Source: Candidatus Spongiisociaceae bacterium (lineage in GTDB: Bacteria; Actinomycetota; Acidimicrobiia; Spongiisociales; Spongiisociaceae). Taken from it: a DNA stretch of 64,000 bases. The position numbers and the translations under genes were made by a program. The stretch spans positions 3,456,001 to 3,520,000 of the forward strand of contig OZ253564.1 of the NCBI GenBank assembly GCA_965262915.1, given 5' to 3'. Below the pieces are notes generated by a model. It made no database searches and had not been told where the DNA came from. It saw nothing but the letters and a program-made list of their open reading frames with translations. This document shows, one piece after another, positions 57,401 through 64,000 of this stretch. Every line of letters starts with the position of its first letter. Position 1 is the first letter of the stretch.

Positions 57401-57505
57401 GACCAAGGATTGATGACGCCGATACCGCATCCCTCGAAACGGCCGGCATCGCTCGTGGCTACCCGAGCGCCCACCGAACGTTCAGAAGCAGCTATCTGAC
57501 AGTCA
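57401..57505 (-). pseudogene. vapC 3' fragment
   Basis: Translates DCQIAASERSVGARVATSDAGRFEGCGIGVINPWS versus intact DCQIAAIARSVGASVATRDTGGFEGCGIGVVNPWS. Confidence 0.88.
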
Positions 57506-59152
57506 GATGACCATCTCGAGGCGACGGTCTCGCTCGAGGTCCGCGGCTGAACGCTCCGCCGGATCTCCCCAGCCGCCTCCGCCGCCGGTCTTGACCAGAA
57601 TCCTGGTTCCGGCCTCGACCTTGAGGTTGTTGGCCTTCAGTATGTGGACCCCCGGCTTCCCGGGGCGGTAGACCCACACCTCCGGCGGCTTTCCGTCGCC
57701 GCCTCCGAAGAGACCCCACGACGGCTGGGTAGCCCGTTCGAACCACAGCTGGACCGTGACCGGTGCCAGGATCTCGTACTCTCTGATGATTCCCAGGCCA
57801 CCGCGCCATTTCCCGTCTCCGCCGGATCCATCCCGCAGGCTGTGCCGGCGCATGATCAGCGGGTAGCGGTGCTCCATCGTTTCGATGGGGAAGTTCTTGA
57901 AGTCGCCCGCGGAGGAGTGGATCAGGGCCGATTCGCCGTCTCCTCCCTCGTAGCCGCCCCAGCCGCCGGTCAAGGATTCCCCCGACAGGAAGAGGCCATA
58001 CTCGTTCTCTCCCACGAGAATGACGTTCCATGAATCCCCCACAACTCCGGCGGCGGCTCTCTCGGGGATGACGGGGCTCAGAGCCTTGATGATGAGTTCC
58101 ATGGCCAGCGACAGGTGAGGTCCGTAGTGCAGGCAGGGGGCGGTTTCGCTCGGGTTGAAACACGTGCCTTCCGGGGCTATCACCTCGAGGTTCCGGAAGT
58201 TCCCGCCTGATACCGGTGCGTGAGGGTTGACGAGAAACTTGAAAGCCTGCTCCATAGCGGAACGGGTCTGGACCACCCCGCTGTTGATGCTGCCCACGCA
58301 CTGCGGGTTGGACCCCGAGAGGTCCACCGTCATGTTGTCACCCGCCACGGTGACCGTCACCTTGATGTAGACAGGTTCCTCGGTGACGGGGTCGCCGTCG
58401 AGATAACCGTCCGCCACGTAGACCCCGTCGGGGATCTCCGAGACCGAAGCGCGATCCTCGGCCTCGGCCTGATCGAACACCAGTTGGATCGACTTCTGTA
58501 GCTGGTCCCAATCGAAGCGTCTCACTATCGAGCGGAATCGCTCCACCCCGGTCCGGCAGGCACTTATCTCGGCCATCAGATCACCTACCAGCGCGGTCGG
58601 AAACCGGGAGTTCAGAGCGATCAGGTCCACGATCTGCTGATCGAGCCGGCCATCCCGGAAGATGCAGATGGGCGGGATCCGCAACCCTTCCTGGAAGATG
58701 TCCACCGTGTCGGTGACGAAACCGGCCTCCTTGGCGCCGATGTCGTTCCAATGGGCCTTCGCCGCCGTGAAGCCCCTCAGCGTGCCCTCGACGAAAACCG
58801 GGGCGAACACCGTCACGTCGTTGAGATGGCTCCCGCAGATGACCGAGTCGTTGACTATCCAGACATCCCCCGACCGGAAAACCTCGTACCCCTTGAGCTT
58901 GATCACCTCTCGAAGAGTGCCGCCCAGGCTGCCTAGGAAGAAGGGGAGACCGGGAGCCTGGCCGAGAAGGCGGCCCTGCACGTCGTATATGCCTACCGAG
59001 CAGTCCTTCATCTCATAGATGACCGGGCTGTGAGCGCTCCGGTACAGGTTCCGCCGCATCTGCTCGGCCCCTGAGATGAACGCGTTCCGCACCACCTCGA
59101 CCGTCGCCGGTGACGGTGTGGCTGCTTCACCGACTCGAGTGGCGGCGCTCAT
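57503..59152 (-). CDS. Hydantoinase B / oxoprolinase-family subunit, copy 3
   Basis: Same motifs, 549 aa. Confidence 0.93.
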   Translation of the reverse strand: MSAATRVGEAATPSPATVEVVRNAFISGAEQMRRNLYRSAHSPVIYEMKDCSVGIYDVQGRLLGQAPGLPFFLGSLGGTLREVIKLKGYEVFRSGDVWIVNDSVICGSHLNDVTVFAPVFVEGTLRGFTAAKAHWNDIGAKEAGFVTDTVDIFQEGLRIPPICIFRDGRLDQQIVDLIALNSRFPTALVGDLMAEISACRTGVERFRSIVRRFDWDQLQKSIQLVFDQAEAEDRASVSEIPDGVYVADGYLDGDPVTEEPVYIKVTVTVAGDNMTVDLSGSNPQCVGSINSGVVQTRSAMEQAFKFLVNPHAPVSGGNFRNLEVIAPEGTCFNPSETAPCLHYGPHLSLAMELIIKALSPVIPERAAAGVVGDSWNVILVGENEYGLFLSGESLTGGWGGYEGGDGESALIHSSAGDFKNFPIETMEHRYPLIMRRHSLRDGSGGDGKWRGGLGIIREYEILAPVTVQLWFERATQPSWGLFGGGDGKPPEVWVYRPGKPGVHILKANNLKVEAGTRILVKTGGGGGWGDPAERSAADLERDRRLEMVI

Positions 59153-59200
59153 GATCCGGACCCTCCCGTCTTCTCCATAACCAGTTGATCTTCTGGAACC
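59149..59200 (-). pseudogene. 3' tip of a deleted hydantoinase A gene
   Basis: VPEDQLVMEKTGGSGS* versus VGPQDHLVMERTGSGS* of the intact A gene; keeps ATGA overlap with B copy 3. Confidence 0.75.
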
Positions 59201-59213
59201 GGATAGTGGTGGG

Positions 59214-59432
59214 TTACTCGGCCGCCGAGAGAGCCTCGGAAGGCGCCAAGGCTTCGAGACGCCCCTTCATCTCACCTACTGTCTTCACGAGATCGAACAC
59301 TACCGCGGTGAGCTGGTCGAGCCGGTCTTCGATCCGTTTGAGGTCGGCACCGCGCCGACGATCCAGGTAGATCATGACGGTCATCATCACGGCCATAATG
59401 CCGCCGAGCGCGCTGAGGGTCGCTACATCCAT
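59214..59432 (-). CDS. Small protein, N-terminal TM helix plus coiled coil
   Basis: 72 aa, AAGGAGAGG RBS, hydrophobic N-terminus, heptad LKRIEDRLDQL..VGEMKGRLE. Confidence 0.7.
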   Translation of the reverse strand: MDVATLSALGGIMAVMMTVMIYLDRRRGADLKRIEDRLDQLTAVVFDLVKTVGEMKGRLEALAPSEALSAAE

Positions 59433-59520
59433 AGTTCCTCTCCTTCAGCGTAGCGGAGACACTGCGGGTGGCTCAACCTCTATACTCGGTCTTTTACCAC
59501 ACCATACAGCGGTCAGGAAC

Positions 59521-59549
59521 GTTATACATCCAAACCGGCAGGATATCAA
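59521..59549 (-). promoter_or_regulatory. Sigma70-type promoter
   Basis: TTGATA-17 nt-TATAAC on minus strand in an AT-rich patch. Confidence 0.6.
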
Positions 59550-59616
59550 TACCCGCGTCAGGCCGACCGGACCGGAAATCCGAGAAGGCGACGACCGTCG
59601 GGGGACACTCCGGCGC

Positions 59617-60564
59617 CTAAACGGCCTTCCAGCAGCGGACCATCCTCTGGCCGACACGGTCGGGAACCAAATCCTGTTCCGCCGAGCAGGCAGACTCGGC
59701 CAAGGGGCACCGAGGCATCAGCCGGCAACCCGAGGCCGGGTCGGTCTCGCTCTTGGGACCCAGCGCGAAATCGTCGGTCGCGAACCTGCTGGCCGCGATA
59801 AGAGCCTGCGTGTAGGGATGGGCGGGTGACTCGAAGACCTGTTCGACGGTGCCTCGTTCGACAATCTGGCCGAGGTACATGACCACGATCTCGTGGGCGC
59901 AGACCCGCACCGCCTCCAGGTCGTGGGAGATGAATACGAATGCGACGTCGAATTCCTCTTGGAGATGTTGCAGGAGGGACAGGATCTCTCCGCGTACGCT
60001 CAGGTCCAGCGACGAGGTCGGCTCGTCGAGCACCACTAGGTCCGGGTCGGGGGCCAAGGCCCGGGCAATGGCGGCTCTCTGCAGCTGCCCGCCGCTGAGC
60101 GCCGCCGGTTTCCGATCCCAGAGTTCCTCACCGAGGCTGACGGACGTCATCACATGCCGCAGGCGTTCATCCTGCTGCGCTCTCGACATATCCGTCCTGA
60201 GGCGGCGCAGAGGCTGGGCCACGGAACTGCGAACGGTCCGGGTCGGATCGAACGATGCCTGCGGCATCTGGAAGACCATCTGGATGAGACGCCGGTGGGG
60301 GCGCATCTGCCGAGCCTTGAGGCCGCCGAGTTGGACCCCTTCGAGAAGCACCTCCCCGGCAGTGGGGGGCGTCAGCCCCAGCAGGCACCGTGCAACGGTC
60401 GACTTGCCCGAGCCGCTCTCCCCGACGATTCCGAGTGTGCGCCCCCGCTCGACCACAAACGATACGTCCTGCGCGGCCCGCACCATCTCCACGCGACCGA
60501 TGGAACGCCGGACCCGGTAGGTCTTGGCAAGGTTCCGTACCTCTAGGATCGGGCTGTCAACCAT
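59617..60564 (-). CDS. Oligopeptide/dipeptide ABC ATP-binding protein (DppF/OppF-like)
   Basis: [31 protein letters not shown]-terminal Cys cluster. Confidence 0.93.
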   Translation of the reverse strand: MVDSPILEVRNLAKTYRVRRSIGRVEMVRAAQDVSFVVERGRTLGIVGESGSGKSTVARCLLGLTPPTAGEVLLEGVQLGGLKARQMRPHRRLIQMVFQMPQASFDPTRTVRSSVAQPLRRLRTDMSRAQQDERLRHVMTSVSLGEELWDRKPAALSGGQLQRAAIARALAPDPDLVVLDEPTSSLDLSVRGEILSLLQHLQEEFDVAFVFISHDLEAVRVCAHEIVVMYLGQIVERGTVEQVFESPAHPYTQALIAASRFATDDFALGPKSETDPASGCRLMPRCPLAESACSAEQDLVPDRVGQRMVRCWKAV

Positions 60565-61540
60565 TTCCGGGCCCCAGGTGGCAGAGCAACCTGCGCCGCT
60601 CGTCCGGCTCGTGCTGCGGGAGAGGCTCGCGGTCACACACCTCCATCCGCGATACGCACCTGTCCCGGAAAGCGCACAGGTCGTACACGTCTGTCATCTT
60701 CGGCACGAGCCCGGGTATCGAACGGGGCCGCTCACCGGTGCGCAGATCGACGCACTCGAGCAGTGCTCTCGAATACGGATGGGTCGGCTTGTTCAGGATC
60801 TGCTCCCGGGGACCGAACTCCACCACCCGTCCGGCGTACATGATGCCGATATGGCGCGAGACCCGGGCTACCGCACGCAGATCGTGGGAGATGAACAGCA
60901 GGGCGGCGTTGCGGGCGCTGACCTGCTTCTCTAGTAGGTCCAGAACCCGGATCTGGGTGGTCATGTCGAGGCCGGTGGTCGGCTCATCGGCCAGGATCAG
61001 CGCCGGGCCACAGGCCAGAGCCAGCGCGATGTTCACCCGCTGCGCCATCCCACCGCTCAACTGGTGGGGGTGACGCTTGAGCACGACATCGGGATCGCCG
61101 AATTCGAGTTCGCGGAGGGTGGATCGGGCGAACTCCTCCGGATCCCCTTCCGACCGGTCACGGTTCGCCTTGAACGCGTCGACGATCTGGCGCTTCACGT
61201 TCAGCATCGGATCGAGCGCCGACACCGGGTTCTGGTAGATCATCGCCACATCCGCACCGCGGTACGCCTGCAACTCCTCGGGATTCATATCGAGGACGTG
61301 CCGTCCGTTCCACTCGATGGCGCCGCCGGTGATCGCTCCGCCCGGTGGCATCAGTCGGAGGATCGACCGCAGGGTCATCGTCTTCCCCGATCCGCTCTCA
61401 CCTACCAGTCCTACTGTCTCGCCGGGATACACCTCCAGGTCCACCCCCTGGAGCGGGTGGACCGGCCCGGAAGCGGTACGGATAGTCACCTCTATGCCCG
61501 AGAGAGCCAGGAGGGCGCCGTTGGGGGTTGCTGCCCTCAC
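60557..61540 (-). CDS. Oligopeptide/dipeptide ABC ATP-binding protein (DppD/OppD-like)
   Basis: GESGSGKT, PHQLSGGMAQR, ADEPTT, HPYS; GTG 61540 overlaps permease stop. Confidence 0.93.
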   Translation of the reverse strand: MRAATPNGALLALSGIEVTIRTASGPVHPLQGVDLEVYPGETVGLVGESGSGKTMTLRSILRLMPPGGAITGGAIEWNGRHVLDMNPEELQAYRGADVAMIYQNPVSALDPMLNVKRQIVDAFKANRDRSEGDPEEFARSTLRELEFGDPDVVLKRHPHQLSGGMAQRVNIALALACGPALILADEPTTGLDMTTQIRVLDLLEKQVSARNAALLFISHDLRAVARVSRHIGIMYAGRVVEFGPREQILNKPTHPYSRALLECVDLRTGERPRSIPGLVPKMTDVYDLCAFRDRCVSRMEVCDREPLPQHEPDERRRLLCHLGPGNG

Positions 61541-62430
61541 GACGATGGGCTCGTCGGGTCGATGGGTACGTCTGACCCCATCGAGAAGCCGGTGAGGGAG
61601 TACACGGAGAGCGCGATCGCGGCCCCGGGGAAGAGAGAGGCCCACCACTTGCCCTGGATGATCAGGGTAGCGCCCTCCCTGATCATCGCACCCCACTCTG
61701 GGTTGGGGGGTTCGATTCCGAGGCCGATGAAGCTCAAACCGGCGATGATCTGGATTGCGTAGGCGCACGTCAGGGCGAAGAGCGCCAGTATCTGGCCGCG
61801 GGCGTTGGGAATGAAGTGTTTCCACACGATTCCCCAACCGCCGAGACCGCTGCACTTGGCCGCCTGGACAAACTCGGCATCCGTGAAGGGAATGAGAACG
61901 CTGCGTACCTGGCGCACGTAGGAAGGGAAATTGACGAACGCGATCGCGATGACGAGAACCACGATGCCCGTATCGAACGGACCGAAGATATTCAGGGTAC
62001 CGAGGGCGGCGAACAATGCCAGCCCGAGGAGCAGCACCGGGAACGATTGCAGCACCTCCACCACCCGGAGCACCACGGTGTCCACCCAGCCCCGCCGGTA
62101 GGCCGCCCATGCCCCCATAAAGGACCCCAGACCGCCTCCCAGCAAGACGCCGATGAGGGCCAACGTGAAGTCTATCCGTGCACCGGCCACAACCCTCGAG
62201 TAGATGTCAAGCCCAAGGTTGTCGGTGCCGAACCAGTGCTCCGCCGACGGAGGGTCCAGGGTGTTGAACGGATCGGGACGGATCGGGTCATGGGTAACGA
62301 TCCAGGGACCGATTATGACGATCAAGAGCAGGAAGAAGAAGATCGAACGTCGCACCGTCTTGCCCGTCGTGGGACCGACGAATATCCGGGAGAGCAGACT
62401 TCGGTCCGTCTGTGAACGAGTGACCATCAC
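61537..62430 (-). CDS. Oligopeptide/dipeptide ABC permease (DppC-like)
   Basis: HWFGTDNLGLDIYSR, EFVQAA, GLSFIGLG..PEWG. Confidence 0.93.
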   Translation of the reverse strand: MMVTRSQTDRSLLSRIFVGPTTGKTVRRSIFFFLLLIVIIGPWIVTHDPIRPDPFNTLDPPSAEHWFGTDNLGLDIYSRVVAGARIDFTLALIGVLLGGGLGSFMGAWAAYRRGWVDTVVLRVVEVLQSFPVLLLGLALFAALGTLNIFGPFDTGIVVLVIAIAFVNFPSYVRQVRSVLIPFTDAEFVQAAKCSGLGGWGIVWKHFIPNARGQILALFALTCAYAIQIIAGLSFIGLGIEPPNPEWGAMIREGATLIIQGKWWASLFPGAAIALSVYSLTGFSMGSDVPIDPTSPSS

Positions 62431-62433
62431 CCG

Positions 62434-63414
62434 TCAGTCCCGCACTCGCGGATCCATCGCGTACTGCAGCAGGTCCACGATGAAGTAGAGAACCACGTAA
62501 ATGGTGGCCGAGATGATCACCACGCCGAGCACGATGTCGTAGTCCGAGAACTCCATCCCCCAGACGGCGTAGGAACCTATCCCCGGCCAGGAGAACACCA
62601 CCTCCACCAGCACGGCTCCACCAATTAGGTAGCCGAACGTCATGGCCAAGAGGTTGAGCACGGGCGGCGAGGCGTTGCGGAAAACATCGCGGATCATGAC
62701 CTTGCGCCGGCTAAGGCCGTAGCTATGGGCGGCCTCCACGAACGGACTCGCCAAGGCCTCCCTCACCGCCGCTCGGGTGACCCGGAACATGGGCGGGCTG
62801 CTCGTGATCCCCAGCGTCACCGCTGGAAGGATGAGATGCCGTAGGGCCTCCCATGCCAATGCCGGATTGCCGGCGAGCAGCGCGTCGACCGTGTAAAAGC
62901 CGGTGACCATCGCGGGAGGATCGAAACCCCGACCGAGGCGCCCGAGAGGGGCAGGGAACACAGGCCATAGAAAGTAGAGCAGGAAGATGAGCAGCAACCC
63001 TAGCCAGAACGCCGGAACGCTCACCCCGAACTGGGATATCCCCTCACCGAGCTTGCCGAGCGGTCCGGTGGGCCGCACGGCGGCGCGGACGCCTAGGGGG
63101 ATTGTCCAGATACTGGCCACCACCATGCTGAAGAAGACCAACTCAGCGGTGGCCGGGAGCTTGCGAGCTATATCTTCGGCCACCGGAACGAAGGTGCGCC
63201 GGGAGGAACCGAGGTCGCCCCGCAGGAGCGCGGTGACATAGGTCGTGAACTGAATGTGGATCGGGTCGTTCAGACCCATCATCTCCGCTCTAGCTTCGAG
63301 TATCTCCTCATTGACCTGGATCCCGACGGCGGCGTACAGCGGGGTTCCGGTCGATCGAGTGACCGCGAAGGAGAGGACCACCACCGAGAAGAGCACCACG
63401 ACGAGAATGGCCAC
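62434..63414 (-). CDS. Oligopeptide/dipeptide ABC permease (DppB-like); frame stays open further upstream
   Basis: GDLGSS, LPATAEL, PAFWLG, HLILPA, VEVVFSWPGIG, DPRVR. Confidence 0.92.
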   Translation of the reverse strand: MAILVVVLFSVVVLSFAVTRSTGTPLYAAVGIQVNEEILEARAEMMGLNDPIHIQFTTYVTALLRGDLGSSRRTFVPVAEDIARKLPATAELVFFSMVVASIWTIPLGVRAAVRPTGPLGKLGEGISQFGVSVPAFWLGLLLIFLLYFLWPVFPAPLGRLGRGFDPPAMVTGFYTVDALLAGNPALAWEALRHLILPAVTLGITSSPPMFRVTRAAVREALASPFVEAAHSYGLSRRKVMIRDVFRNASPPVLNLLAMTFGYLIGGAVLVEVVFSWPGIGSYAVWGMEFSDYDIVLGVVIISATIYVVLYFIVDLLQYAMDPRVRD

Positions 63415-63522
63415 GCGGTTGGTGAGGAACAGCGCCCATCTGCGCAGGCCGGAAAACCGCGACTCTGCCTCACCCTGCCGTGTTGGTGCTTCTATCTGCA
63501 GCTCCCGGTGGATCGGGACCTA

Positions 63523-63551
63523 GAGGGGGACCGGAGCTACCCGGCCCCCTC
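63523..63551 (-). terminator. Stem-loop between SBP and permease genes
   Basis: GAGGGGG-A-CCGG / CCGG-CCCCCTC inverted repeat. Confidence 0.55.
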
Positions 63552-63573
63552 CAGATCGTGGTTTCTGGTACTA

Positions 63574-64000
63574 CTAGGTCCGTTCCAGGGCTGCGAACCA
63601 CAGCAACCCGTCGGGATGGTGGACGTATCCGCTGATGTCATCACGCAAGGCCAACGTGAAGTTGGCGTTAGCGAGCCACAGCATCGGCGAAGCTTCGGTT
63701 ACCAGGCGGATGGCCTCCCGGTACGGCTCCCGCAGGGCATTGTCATCGAGAACGGACGCGTTCTCTCGGATGATCTGGTCGACTCGCGGGTCCGTGAATC
63801 CGGTCCAGTTGATGACCGTGCCGGTTTCCCACCACAGGTAGAAGTGGTAGTACGGATCGTCGATGTAGTCGAGAAGACCGCCCCGGAATGCCGCCTGGTG
63901 TTGGAGGTTGCTCACGTTCAGGACCTCGAACATCTCCGATCCGCTGACCGGACGGATTGTCATGTCAACCCCGATGTCGGCGAAGTTGGCCTTCAGGTTG
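63574..64000 (-). CDS. Dpp/Opp-family ABC substrate-binding protein, 3' part (runs off the window edge)
   Basis: NWTGFTDPRVDQII..YREAIRLV..SPMLWL family-5 SBP C-terminus; upstream of permeases. Confidence 0.85.
   Translation of the reverse strand, partial: NLKANFADIGVDMTIRPVSGSEMFEVLNVSNLQHQAAFRGGLLDYIDDPYYHFYLWWETGTVINWTGFTDPRVDQIIRENASVLDDNALREPYREAIRLVTEASPMLWLANANFTLALRDDISGYVHHPDGLLWFAALERT

Noticed and set aside
49669-59152. Hydantoinase B triplication as an assembly artefact
   Set aside because: Copies differ at many synonymous and non-synonymous sites and have distinct flanks
1-64000. tRNA-Sec, selA/selB/selD, rRNA, tRNA or CRISPR array
   Set aside because: No cloverleaf with a UCA anticodon, no such ORFs and no repeat-spacer pattern seen by eye; a covariance search would be needed to exclude small RNAs

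Overview
High-GC bacterial DNA, most likely an actinobacterium. The Thr/Ala/Pro-rich lipoprotein linkers and gene repertoire suggest Acidimicrobiia, possibly host-associated (inference). The window is an accessory catabolic region with four ABC importers (two BMP/nucleoside-type, one polar amino acid, one Dpp/Opp), molybdenum hydroxylase genes and relics, a sugar kinase/dehydrogenase/aldolase set, and a UbiD + amidohydrolase + M20 + MlrC + Gfo cluster. It also holds metal/arsenic genes, an IS5-family element, two PIN toxin-antitoxin pairs and a triplicated hydantoinase/oxoprolinase module with DUF885 genes. The main result is hidden by the ORF track: a glycine/sarcosine/betaine-reductase-type selenoprotein cluster (grdE-grdB-grdC...grdA) with two in-frame UGA Sec codons and SECIS-like hairpins. 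Its GrdB has a variant UxxG active-site motif and a 1-nt frameshift, there is no grdD or thioredoxin system in the window, and a 162-bp MITE sits exactly at the grdE/grdB junction. Internal-deletion relics (pucC, pucD, hyuA, vapC, ALDH) record repeated duplication and pruning. No rRNA, tRNA or CRISPR array was seen.
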